Origin: Octopus bimaculoides
Taxonomy: Eukaryota
DNA length: 64,000 nt
Assembly: GCF_001194135.2 (NCBI RefSeq)
Contig: NC_068998.1
Span: 46,032,607 to 46,096,606, forward strand
Direction of reading: 5' to 3'
Below, in pieces: positions 13,025 to 24,423 of the stretch. How positions within the stretch are numbered: the first letter of the stretch is position 1; each line of letters opens with the position of its first letter. The position numbers and the translations under genes were made by a program. The notes below the pieces were generated by a model. That model was not told the DNA's origin. It was given only the letters and a program-made list of their open reading frames with translations, and did no database searches.

Positions 13025-13186
13025 TCATGCAATGATGCAGCCGTCACCATGGGAACCATAGTAAGGTTTTTCCTGCTCACTTTTCATACGTATTTTCCGA
13101 AACACAGCGGTCAGTTCGTTTAATTCCTGAGTGGCCGTACTCTTCACCAACAAGTTACCGTCACTTTTGGTACGTTTCATCTTGGT
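13025..13186 (-). CDS. SHTN1: Shootin-1-like exon TKMKRTKSDGNLLVKSTATQELNELTAVFRKIRMK; either spliced at 13081 (AAAA|GTGAGC, phase 1) or read through SEQEKPYYGSHGDGCIIA to TGA at 13025
   Basis: Acceptor ttctttctgtcttcttccctcacag; ELTAVFRKIR resembles shootin ELERILRRRK; internal GTGAG donor at 13080. Confidence 0.85.
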   Translation of the reverse strand, partial: TKMKRTKSDGNLLVKSTATQELNELTAVFRKIRMKSEQEKPYYGSHGDGCIIA

Positions 13187-13261
13187 CTGTGAGGGAAGAA
13201 GACAGAAAGAAAAAAAAAAAAGACCACAAGGTCTGATTAACGAGGAGTCAAACTCTCAGCT

Positions 13262-13600
13262 TTAATCCAATGTGTTAGTAGTAGTAGTAGTAGTAGTAGT
13301 AGCAGCAATAGTTTTTGTAGTAGTAGTAGTTTTTGTAGTAGTAGTGGTAGTAGTAGTAGTAGTAGTAGTAGTAGCAGTAATAGCAATGGTTGTGGTAGTA
13401 GTAGTAGTAGCAGTAGTAGTGGTAGTAGCAACAGCAGCAATGGTAGTAGTAGTAGTAGTAGTAGCAATGGCAGTAGTGGAAGTTGTCATTGTAGATGTAG
13501 TAGTGGGAATAGCAGCAGGTGTAGTAGAACATCATAGTGGGAAGAGATATGAAAGTAGTAGTAGTAGTGGTGGTGGTGGTGGTGGTGGTCATGGTGGTGG
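13262..13600. repeat. Compound trinucleotide microsatellite (TAG/TGG/CAG)n just upstream of the 13186 acceptor
   Basis: Directly visible; source of spurious poly-V/T/L/Y ORFs. Confidence 0.9.
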
Positions 13601-14219
13601 TGTATTGTGTCCCTGTCCTAAACTCTAGACATCTATTTGACCAGTGTCAGTGCCTTCCAACATTACGTGGAGATGAGAGACCAATCAGCCCTGGATAGGA
13701 CGCCCGTCCATCATTAAGTAACTTCCCCTCTGCCAGGTACTTACAAGGTCCAGCACCTTACCATCAATACCACCATACAAAAGTGACAAGGTACCACCAT
13801 TGTTCAATGGTGACACCTACATACTCCTAGGTGGACTGGGTTTGTTGAGAGTTTGATGACTAAGCCATTGATGCAATACAATGCTCGTGACAGGATATGA
13901 ACTACTCCCTTCACTTGGTACTCTCTATGTACTTTCTGTTAGCAGCATTGCTAGATTAGCAGAATCATTAGAGTATTAAATAAAATGCCTTGTGGTATTT
14001 GTTCCAATTCTCTACATTCTCAATTCAAATCCCATCAAGGTCAAATTTGCCTTTCATCCTTCCAGAAATGATCCCAGGGATTAGTTTAATTGATTAGCCC
14101 TCTACCTTTGTTCTTAGTTCAGACTTCACAGAGGTCAACTTTGGTTTTCATTTCTCTGGGAGTCGATGAAATAAAGAACCAACTGCAGTTCTATAGTTTA
14201 GAGATGAGGAATTATGTAC

Positions 14220-14368
14220 ATTATTTACATTTGACGGATATTTGTCCTCGTCTTGTTTGTTGTTAACACAACGTTTTGGTTGATATGAAGGCTGGAGGGT
14301 ATATCAGCTGAAATGTTGTGTTCCCAACAAACCAAGATGAGGACAAATATCTGTCAAATGTAAATAAT
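14220..14368. mobile_element. Fold-back made of two inverted Penelope-like termini fused at a hammerhead stem II
   Basis: attatttacatttgacggatatttgtcctcgtcttg...aacacaacg mirrored by tgttgtgtt...caagatgaggacaaatatctgtcaaatgtaaataat. Confidence 0.7.
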
Positions 14369-14464
14369 CTAAGTAAAGTACCAACTGGTTACTGGGGGTC
14401 AATGTAATCAACTACCCCCCACCTCTCCTCAAAATTGCTGACCTTGTGCAAACATTTGAACCCA

Positions 14465-14677
14465 TTATAGAGTGGTGAGCTGGCATAATTATTAGTGTGT
14501 CAGATGAATTGCTGAGAGGTATTTCGTTCATCATCACATTCTGAGTTCAAATTCTGCTGAGGTCCACTTTGCCTTTCATCCGTGCGGGGTCAGTAAAAAA
14601 AGTACCAGTTGAGTACTGGGGTCAATATAATCAACTATTCCTTCCTCCCATATTTCAGGCCTTGTGCTTATAATAGG

Positions 14678-14709
<32 letters not shown>

Positions 14710-15170
14710 GGCCGTGAGCTGGCTGAATCGTTAGCATGCTGGGTGAAATGCTTTGTGGCATTTCAGCAATTATTACGATCTGAGTTCAAATTCTGGTGAG
14801 GTCCACTTTGCTTTTCATCCTTGAGGGTTCAACAAAAAAAGTACCTATTGAACACTGGGCTTGATGTAATCAACTCATCCCCACCTCCCCCAAGCTGCCC
14901 TTCTGGCAAAAATTCAAAATAATTTATTATTATCATTATTATTATTATTATTATTATTATAATTAAGGCAATGAGCTGGCAGAATTGTTAGCACACTGGG
15001 CAAAATGCTTAGTGGTATTTCATCTGTCTTTACAATCGGAGTTCAAATTCCACTGAGGTCGACTTTGCCTTTCATCCTTTCAGGGTCAATACATTGGGGT
15101 CGATGTAATCGACTAGCCACAAAATTTCAGGCCTTGTGCCTTTATTAGTAGAAAGGATATTATTATTATT
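14465..15170 (+). mobile_element. Head-to-tail array of three SINE family B copies separated by (ATT)n
   Basis: Heads ggtgagctggc / cgtgagctggc / aatgagctggc at about 14475, 14713, 14971. Confidence 0.8.
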
Positions 15171-16141
15171 ATTTTGTTGTAGGTGTGGAAGGTGAGACAG
15201 AGGAATAGAAGGAGTTGGAGGGAGAGAATGAAGGTGAGGCAGAAGTAAGATAGATACATGAAAAGAGAGGAAACAGGGGGGGGGGGGGAGAAGTAGAAAT
15301 AAAATAAAAAGTAAAAATAAATAAAATGGAATATTAGAAAATTAGAAACAAAAAATAATAATAAAAAAATAAAACAAAAAAAATTTCCTTTAATTTTGTT
15401 ATTGCTGTTATTTAACCCCAGGTCAAGCCTGACCTAACAGACCTATATGATCAAAGATTTCATTTCCAGCCAAGACCATCCCATATATCTTTACGGAGAT
15501 GCAGGACTACAATTTCCAATGTATCCCTTCTTTTACCAAGATGGTGGAATGTGATTCGAGGAAGATTTGGTTGTTATTTCTAGCAGGTTGCTGAAACTCC
15601 CCTGCTAGTTGTTGTTACTCTCTATCAACTCACCCCAAACTCCACCTCCCTTTATGTTCCGAGTTCAAATCCTACTTGGTGTCCACTTTACCTATGATTT
15701 TTCCAGGGCAGTGAGGTTGATTATTCGAAATACCAGTGAAATACTGGGGTTGATTTATTTTACCTGTACTCTATCTTCCAGCAGTAGTAACCTTCTGTCT
15801 ATTTATTAAAAAGGTGGTGGTGACAGTGGGCTTTTTGAGTTACCTCCCTTATGTTATGTGTTTCACTCCCTTTTGAGTCTATAAAAGAGACACTAGACAT
15901 ACCAACGAGAGAACCATTGGAAATAGCAGCTAAATCTCCTTCACATAATCTCTCACCATCTTTAATAAAAGAACACATTGAATAATGTAGTCCTATATAC
16001 ACCAACTGAAACAAGATTGGTCGGTCATGGTTGGGACCTCATTGATCTCATGCATGACAGTTAGAATAGGTCTGACCCAGGGTTAAACGAAATCAAACAA
16101 AAAAATAATATCAGTAAAATACTGGTGGTAGATGTAATCAA

Positions 16142-16545
16142 TTACTCTTTTACTTGTTTCAGTCATTTGACTGTGGCCATGCTGGAGCACCGCCTTTAGT
16201 CGAGCAAATCGACCCCAGGACTTATTCTTTGTAAGCCTAGTACTTATTCTATCGGTCTCTTTTGCCGAACTGCTAAGTGACAGGGACATGAACACACCAG
16301 CATCGGTTGTCAAGCAACGCTAGTGGGACAAACACAGACACACAAACATACATACACACACACACACATATATATATACAGATATGCGACGGGCTTCTTT
16401 CAGTTTCCGTCTACCAAATCCACTCACAAGGCTTTGGTCGGCCCGAGGCTATAGTAGAAGACACTTGCCCAAGATGCCACGCAGTAGGACTGAACCCAGA
16501 ACCATGTGGTTGGTAAGCAAGCTACTTACCACACAAAGCAGCCTA
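16142..16545 (-). mobile_element. SINE family A, near full length
   Basis: Reverse complement of 48161-48555. Confidence 0.85.
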
Positions 16546-16649
16546 TGGCTCAAGGGACCTTCTTTCTCAATGGCATGCCTAATGGAAAATGGGAATACTG
16601 TGTGTATGTATCAGGTGAGTGCGTTCTCTCGCCTCATGGCCCCAGAAGA

Positions 16650-16965
16650 CAAAATGGAAGGCAAGGCTGAAGCAGTGAATAGTCACAGGGACTCACACTT
16701 GCAGATAACCATTTCCACCTCAAAGGCCAGTAGTGGTGAGCAGGGACCTGACCTGAGGGCTGAGAATGCCAGAGGTCACTCACATCCATAAACTTGTCAG
16801 GGAGCAACCAATACTTTGACAGTTTTCTTTTCTCAGCCTGATGTGCAGCAGAGCCAGGGGTGGTAGATGCCACTGGAGAAGACATCACAGTACATGGCAT
16901 CCCAGATGAGGGGGGGGGGCTACCACCATGGAATGGAAAAACTGTCATACCAACAGGCCTTTTAC
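16650..16965 (-). mobile_element. Relic of the restriction-like endonuclease domain of a CRE/NeSL-type non-LTR retrotransposon
   Basis: With frameshifts at and after the poly-C run: RPVGMTVFPFHGG..LIWDAMYCDVFS then STTPGSAAHQAEKRKLSKY, matching the RPDG.T..P...G..L.WD.T..D...AA..AE..K..KY pattern. Confidence 0.65.
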
Positions 16966-17676
16966 TATCCCCTCAGTTTAGCTCCATAGTCTCAAAGCTG
17001 GGAAGGGAAGCCTGTGGCATCTTATACCATGTTTTATGAGAAAAATTGTCTTGAATTATTTTAATAGTGTAGGGAAGAGGGGAGAAAGGTAGGTGGGGGG
17101 GAGCTTCTCGAGAAGTTCTTTTCATACTTGATGATGATGATCACAAGGTGGAGAGGAGAGGGCATTACCTGTGACCTTTGTAGGTCTTCCCTAAATGGAA
17201 TAAGGGTCAGTGGGTTAATGCTTCAAAGATGTTGCCAAGTTTGTTCATTGTTTTAAAGATGTCAAGGCTGCGGCTTGTGGAAAGAATCACTGAATTTTAA
17301 AGACATTATGTATATACAAGCACATACATATAAACACATATGTGTGTGTGTGTGTATGTGTGTATATACACATATATATACTAAACATGTAAAAATGAAT
17401 ACAACTAACAAGTCCTGTTTTAATATAAATGTTTCATGCTAATGAGAGCTACAACTGGGAGGAGGGTCGGTATCACATACATACATAAATACATACATAT
17501 ATACATACATACATACATGAAAGGATAATGATGATGATGAAAGTGGAAATGTTATTTGTTATATGTGTCAGAGCCTATATTCAGATTTTAAAAGTCATGA
17601 GAGGAAAGCAGTAAATTTATTTCTGGACAACGACCAAGTTATGCTCCAGTAAATTATGCATGTGCGTATAGGTGTA

Positions 17677-17731
<55 letters not shown>

Positions 17732-18244
17732 NNNNNNNNNNNNNNNNNNNNNNNNNNNNNNNNNNNNNNNNNNNNNNNNNNNNNNNNNNNNNNNNNNNNN
17801 NNNNNNNNNNNNNNNNNNNNNNNNNNNNNNNNNNNNNNNNNNNNNNNNNNNNNNNNNNNNNNNNNNNNNNNNNNNNNNNNNNNNNNNNNNNNNNNNNNNN
17901 NNNNNNNNNNNNNNNNNNNNNNNNNNNNNNNNNNNNNNNNNNNNNNNNNNNNNNNNNNNNNNNNNNNNNNNNNNNNNNNNNNNNNNNNNNNNNNNNNNNN
18001 NNNNNNNNNNNNNNNNNNNNNNNNNNNNNNNNNNNNNNNNNNNNNNNNNNNNNNNNNNNNNNNNNNNNNNNNNNNNNNNNNNNNNNNNNNNNNNNNNNNN
18101 NNNNNNNNNNNNNNNNNNNNNNNNNNNNNNNNNNNNNNNNNNNNNNNNNNNNNNNNNNNNNNNNNNNNNNNNNNNNNNNNNNNNNNNNNNNNNNNNNNNN
18201 NNNNNNNNNNNNNNNNNNNACACACACACACACACACACACACA

Positions 18245-18445
18245 AATAGTAGTTGCCATGATTGACCGCTAAATCTACCAGGTTTTTTGTTCTCTCTCTG
18301 TTTATTTCCTTGTGTTCCTTTCTGTTGAAGAGCATAGGCTCGAAACATAAAAGACTTTCTCACCTTTCCAAGAGTTAAACTAATACACCTGCTTGTTTAT
18401 ACACCTGTCTTCGTCTTTTGTTTTTCTGTAAATTCCAACTATATA
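18245..18445 (+). mobile_element. Penelope-like terminal fragment with a hammerhead-like motif at 18318-18353
   Basis: cttt-ctgttga-a-gagc-atag-gctc-gaaac-at-a-aaag. Confidence 0.55.
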
Positions 18446-19689
18446 CACAAATACACACATGAACATGCACACACACAGCACAACTTGTGTTTTCATAATC
18501 CTCAAAAATATGTTTCTCTCTGTTGGTTTGGATGGAATAAGTCCAACAATGTTTCACTGTGTATTCAAGTGTCTTTGTCATCTAACACACACACACACAC
18601 AGAGTATCAGAGAAAAACAACAGCCATCTGTGTAGTGGTTGTTAATGTGTGGTTATTATTTTTGGTGTTTTCGACTACATAAATGATCCTTTATTACAAG
18701 GTCTTTGGGTTTCACAATTGGATAGAGAAGACAGACTTAACCAACCCCCGAACAATAGAACATACCCACCACCACCCTAGCCCTCTCTTCTTCTCTCAAA
18801 TACCACACACACACACACACAAACACATACACACATTCATGCACACACACACGCGCATTCACGTGTACACACACAAATACATTAATACACACACATGCAC
18901 ACACGTTCGCACACATATATCTCCTTCCATTAATTTTATTCATTGCTTCATTGTGGTGGCAATGTGTGTGTGTGGGTTGGAGTAAAAGAAAGAGTGGAAG
19001 AGAGGGGTTTGAAGAGAGAGAAACATTGAACAGTGGGAGGAGGAGGAGGACAGCAGAAGAGGAGGAAGGAGATTTGGAGAGGTTAGTGGTGTGACTGATG
19101 TAGTAGTGCTGTATTGGTGTTTGCATTGTTGTGTGTTGATATTGTAGTGGTGTGGGTGTCATAGTGGCACTGTAGTAGTGTTAGTATCATAGTGATGTGA
19201 CCCGTGTAGTGGTAGTGAGGATGTTACAGTGGTATGGTAGTTGTATGGTTGTTATAACAATGTGATTCTTACAGTGGTACTGCAGTGGTACGGGTATTGC
19301 AGTAGTGGTGTTGTAGTGGTGTGATGATGATGGTGGTTCTTAAGCCCCAGGTCTTCCTTGATCCAGTAAACTTATAATTAAAACATTTCAGCCACAACCA
19401 ACCCATCTTTTTCCCCTACAGACTGAGAACCAAGGACCACCTTGTCTGCTGTGTCTTTTCTAAAACAGTAGGATGTGATATGAGGGAGATTTGGCTGCTA
19501 TTTCTAGCAGGTCAAGTAACCACCATATACAGGCTTCTTCTTTGGCGCATGCAATAGCGGTGCGAAGTGTAGTGGTATTGTTCTTGGTGGTATTGTGGTT
19601 GCAGTAGTATTGTGGTAGTGATGCTAATGATGGTGTTGGTATGATGTGGTGGTAGTGGTAGTGGTGATGGTGCCACACTGAAGACTTAC

Positions 19690-19746
19690 CATTAAATTCT
19701 TTAATTCATCAATAGCTTCTTCCTTTGGTTTGTCTTGGCAAGACGG
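19690..19746 (-). CDS. SHTN1: Shootin-1-like exon (phase 0-0): PSCQDKPKEEAIDELKNLM
   Basis: Acceptor tttgtttctactcttccag, donor ATG|GTAAGT; 57 nt; matches shootin ESAVDELKGIL. Confidence 0.9.
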
Positions 19747-20341
19747 CTGGAAGAGTAGAAACAAAAACATTATTATTATTGAGTGAGAGATCAGCACATG
19801 CCACCAAAGTGACACTGGGGTACAAATATACGAAGCCCAATATACCCATCATGACTACCCATCTGATAAGGGTACAACAGGCACATGCATCACAACCATA
19901 TGTGTGCTACATGGTTATCTCATATCAAGATAAACAGCACATGACCTTGCAGGTGGGACCCAGGTAGAGTAGCCCATCTTCAGGTTGAGTAGCCCATCCC
20001 ACTCAAAAGGTCCCTGAATAAGATTTGTGAAAGGATGATGACCGAAACACCCATGTTTCCAAAGGTGAATTGTCCAAACCCCAAAGAATTTCTCTCAACA
20101 CATGGCTATGATTGCTCCCCCACTACTTCTGCTTATGATCAGAAATACACATATCATCAGCCACTAAGGGACATGCTCCAATGGTTAAGGTCAAACAACT
20201 GACAAGCAAATCTGTGGTATTGAGCAGAATATTTGCTATGTCCCATCTTTTATACCAAGACAAAACATGTACAAGATAACACTTCCAATCAGTTAAGATC
20301 AGAAGCCATGAGAGCCACTGCCTGCTACTGCATCAGGGCAT

Positions 20342-20376
<35 letters not shown>

Positions 20377-20459
20377 GTCATCATTATTATTATTATTATT
20401 ATTGCCATCATTATTATTATTATTATTATTGCCATCATTATTATTATTATTATTATTGC

Positions 20460-20490
<31 letters not shown>

Positions 20491-20856
20491 GCCATTATTA
20501 TTATTATTATTATTANNNNNNNNNNNNNNNNNNNNNNNNNNNNNNNNNNNNNNNNNNNNNNNNNNNNNNNNNNNNNNNNNNNNNNNNNNNNNNNNNNNNN
20601 NNNNNNNNNNNNNNNNNNNNNNNNNNNNNNNNNNNNNNNNNNNNNNNNNNNNNNNNNNNNNNNNNNNNNNNNNNNNNNNNNNNNNNNNNNNNNNNNNNNN
20701 NNNNNNNNNNNNNNNNNNNNNNNNNNNNNNNNNNNNNNNNNNNNNNNNNNNNNNNNNNNNNNNNNNNNNNNNNNNNNNNNNNNNNNNNNNNNNNNNNNNN
20801 NNNNNNNNNNNNNNNNNNNNNNNNNNNNNNNNNNNNNNNNNNNNNNNNNNNNNNNN

Positions 20857-20951
20857 CTTGGATCCAGTCAGACCTCTTCCATCTCTGATGCGACTCATCA
20901 TTTCTTCAAGAGCTTTCTTGTGGAGATCTTCTTTGACTGTGGTAGTGTTTT
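20857..20951 (-). CDS. SHTN1: Shootin-1-like exon, 3' end in N-gap: (E)NTTTVKEDLHKKALEEMMSRIRDGRGLTGSK...
   Basis: Acceptor ctctgtacatccacag; matches shootin DLKRQAVEEMMDRIKKG (WH2-like helix); frame open to the gap at 20856. Confidence 0.9.
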
Positions 20952-21056
20952 CTGTGGATGTACAGAGATCATCAGATAGATTAATATGTAGACAGGCAGA
21001 AAAACAAATCCAGAGAAGAAGCAGACTCTAAGAAGTAGAGCAGTCTATATTAATTA

Positions 21057-21317
21057 ATGGTGAAGGCTGCTTTATAGGGTTACCCTGGGTTTCTCGCCAT
21101 AAAGGGTACCTTTAGGGCATATTTTCAGACCATAAGACCTGTTGGCCTATGGCCTCTTTAAAATATGGAGGGGGAAACGATACAGATCTGTATTGTTTCC
21201 CCACTCTATATTTTAAAGAGGCCATAGGCCAACAGGTCTTGTGGTTTGATGATATGCCATAAAGGTACCTTTTATGGTGAGAAACCCAGGGCAACCCTAT
21301 AAACTGGCCTTCACCAG
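21057..21317. mobile_element. 261-bp fold-back MITE with TA target duplication, loopless centre atacagatctgtat
   Basis: TA|atggtgaagg ... ccttcaccag|TA; arms complementary along the whole length with scattered mismatches. Confidence 0.85.
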
Positions 21318-21381
21318 TAATATATATATATATATATATATATACATATTTTGTTCAACAATAACCAAAAGTGTTCTTTAC

Positions 21382-21434
21382 CTTCTTCAGTCTTTGACAC
21401 TCGAGCTTTCTTTTTCTTCCATCTTGCCAGGAAC
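21382..21434 (-). CDS. SHTN1: Shootin-1-like exon (phase 2-1): (G)FLARWKKKKARVSKTEE
   Basis: Acceptor ctcctcccctctgccatag, donor GAAG|GTAAAG; 53 nt; the phases needed to bridge the flanking exons; basic cluster could be NLS-like. Confidence 0.85.
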
Positions 21435-21896
21435 CTATGGCAGAGGGGAGGAGGAAGGGAGAGTGAGACTAATCATTAAGATATAGTGGAAATACAGGAG
21501 TGGGGAGGGGGCAGAGGCACATCATTATTTGAGAGTATAACTTGGGTGGCGAGTACAGTGGGGGATAAAATGAGAGAGAGGGGAGAGATAGACAAATAAA
21601 GAGAGGAACAGAAAGAAAGTGAAAGTAAGGTTGAGTGAGACAATAATATAGTGACAGAGACTGTGAGTGTGACATAAGGCAAGATAGAATAATGTAGAGT
21701 GAGGGTTAAGAGTTTGATCCATGAGAGAATATTAAGAGTTGAGGTCAAATGATATATAATGTTGTATTAACTGACCACGTCCCATCAATAATGACGGCAA
21801 ATTGTAGTATTTCATATATGAGGTACGAAATATACAGTTGGTGTGACATGGGTGTGACATGGGTGTGACATGGGTTAAAACCAATACTTTACTTAC

Positions 21897-21993
21897 CCCT
21901 TGGAATTCTGAGGTGGTAGTGGTGGTGGAGGCGGTGGTGGTGGTGGCGGAGGTGGCCGTTTGCTGTCCTCATAGATTTTTTCCAGATCACTAT
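21897..21993 (-). CDS. SHTN1: Shootin-1-like polyproline exon (phase 1-2): (Y)SDLEKIYEDSKRPPPPPPPPPPPPLPPQNSK
   Basis: Acceptor tttgtatattccatcag, donor GG|GTAAGT; 97 nt; P12-L-PP tract at the position of the shootin proline-rich region. Confidence 0.9.
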
Positions 21994-22096
21994 CTGATGG
22001 AATATACAAAGAGATGGGTATCGTTTACTCAGGGTTATAATGTCAGACATTTGCGTGTTGGTTTAGGTGTGGAAATATAGATATTATATCCTCTTT

Positions 22097-22223
22097 GTGT
22101 GTTTATGTCTCCCTATTGGTGTGTTTATGTCTCCCTATTGGTGTGTTTATGTCTCCCTATTGGTGTGTTTATGTCTCCCTATTGGTGTGTTTATGTCTCC
22201 CTATTGGTGTGCTTATGTCTCCC
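22097..22223. repeat. 22-bp minisatellite, about 5.8 copies of gtgtgtttatgtctccctattg, grown from a SINE-A segment
   Basis: Units at 22097, 22119, 22141, 22163, 22185, 22207; followed by the SINE-A tail to about 22350. Confidence 0.9.
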
Positions 22224-23294
22224 ATAACCTTTCTTTTTCAGCAATACGTAACAAGCTTCAAAGAAAAAAAGTACTCGGGTCGATTCTTTCAACTAAAATT
22301 CTTCAGACAGTGCCACAGCATGGCCACAAACTAACGACAAACAAGTAAAAGAAAATAGTGTAAAAATCCAACACAACGTTATCAAATGTAGTCCTTTAAG
22401 TGAATATGATTTGCTTGCTCACTTATGCAAGTGAAAACTGGATCAGGCAGACCCAGCAGAAGAAACCTTCATGATTCAACTGAGGGGAAGGCATTGCAGC
22501 AATGCTTCGTGGATTGAAGAGAGCAAGGCCAGGTAAGGAAGACATCTTTGTCATACACTGCATTTGTCTCCATCCCTAGTTGTCTTAATCTGGTCTTGCC
22601 ACCTGATTGAAGATGGTCATGGACGAGCGAGTGAAGCTGACGGTGTATAACTCGTCTTCCCTGTAACCCTTTTGCATGCAGATTATTTTGTCAAATGTTT
22701 TGCTTATTTAATCACACTGTTTTGAATTAAGCATGCATTATCTTATAAGCTTTGAGATTTTGATAATGTGTCATTGTAAATTTTTAGAATTACAACAGAT
22801 CTTGACAGTCTGAACATAAAACAATAAAATATTTGGGTTGGAGTAAAGATTATTTGCCAACATAACATGGCAGTCCTGGTTTAGGACGAATGTTGCTGTA
22901 ATTTAGACCCAGGAGTCATCGTCACCAGCTGTCTAGATTTCCTTGTTCGAAAATATAAGGACACAGATCGTGTCGTATAGCCAGCTGGAGACAATGTCTC
23001 CTGGGGCTAAATTACAGCAACATTCATCCTAAACCAGGACTACCATGTTATGTTGGCAAATAATCTTTACTCCAAAGTACTGTTGCTGAATATCTCTCGT
23101 TGTGAGATTTACAAATAGTAATTTTCTAATTTGGGTTGGATATGCCTGGTTTAAATGCTAAAGGGTTAAACAAAGTCACAGGAAAAGTCATCTAGACATC
23201 CTTAAGAATAACTATATATGATCCTTATCATTCTGACGGATGATTTGCAGGATCTTTGATTACTACTTCTAGCAAGCTGAGTGACCATGTAGAG

Positions 23295-23647
23295 CAGGGG
23301 TCCTCAACCACATTTTATCTATGGACCCCTTTGATTACTTTTCTATTCTAGTGGACCCTTATAGCCATTTGATGTTCACAAACTAGTTTCATAGAAACTC
23401 CTTTCAAAATTCCTATTTTGTTTTTCACACATTCACTTGTGCAGGTTGAACATGAGAGAAAAATCTCATATGAAACACAAGAGAAAAACCTAGCTGTTTC
23501 TTGGCAATACATACATCTAAAGCAAAAGGTTTTCAGGGGCCCTTCAAATACTATCGTAGATCCCCTAATTTACTATTTTCTTGCATGGACCCCAAAAATC
23601 TTAAAGGGACCCTCTAGGACCATATGATCCCTGGTTGAGAACCACTG
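23295..23647. mobile_element. hAT/Charlie-type MITE
   Basis: Ends caggggtcctcaacc ... ggttgagaaccactg; 8-bp target duplication atgtagag / atgcagag (7 of 8). Confidence 0.8.
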
Positions 23648-23734
23648 ATGCAGAGGTATTTTTGTTGACTGGTGCGATAGTTGCAGAGGTGTTTATAAAA
23701 AAAAACAGACAGGTGAGAACAAGGTAAAACTTAC

Positions 23735-23888
23735 ATTTCTTGCTTAGACTCTCGTACTGCTCCCGCTGCTGGACCAAATTATTTTCCAAACTGTTGTTCT
23801 GTTCTTCCAGTTCCTTGTTCTTCTTGATTAATTTAATGTTGCCTTCACTTGATTTATATAACTCTATCTCTGCCTTTAAACTGGTGAC
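23735..23888 (-). CDS. SHTN1: Shootin-1-like exon (phase 0-1): VTSLKAEIELYKSSEGNIKLIKKNKELEEQNNSLENNLVQQREQYESLSKK
   Basis: Acceptor ttttatattgaacacag, donor AAAT|GTAAGT; 154 nt; coiled-coil composition. Confidence 0.9.
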
Positions 23889-24055
23889 CTGTGTTCAATA
23901 TAAAACAATGGTTCTTGTACTTGTTATTGTATTACAGCTGCTGTTGATGGTAATGTTTGTGTGTAAATGTGAAGTGTATTCATACATACCACCACCACCA
24001 CTTCCAAGCAACATTCAGATCATCAACCACTACCACCACCACCACCACTACCACG

Positions 24056-24095
<40 letters not shown>

Positions 24096-24423
24096 GCAGC
24101 TGTACAACCACTTCTACAACTTCCAGTGACACACTGACCATCAATCAACACTACCACTTTAGCACCACCATCACTAACACTATCACCACTACCATCACTA
24201 TCACCACCACTGCCATCACCACCACCTCTACCACCCCTACCATCTTCACAGTTATTGCTAGTGATTAACCATTATTATCATCATCAACAGAATTTTGTAA
24301 TTAACTTCATGAACGCTAACAAATATTGCCATCAAATATACAGACAGCTATACCACTGTACACCCACAGGTATATTCTGCTATATACACACACCAATGTA
24401 TACACACATCACTGTAGACATAC

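Noticed and set aside
16384-16791. 135-aa plus-strand ORF
   Set aside because: First half is SINE-A antisense, second half is the antisense of the RLE retrotransposon relic
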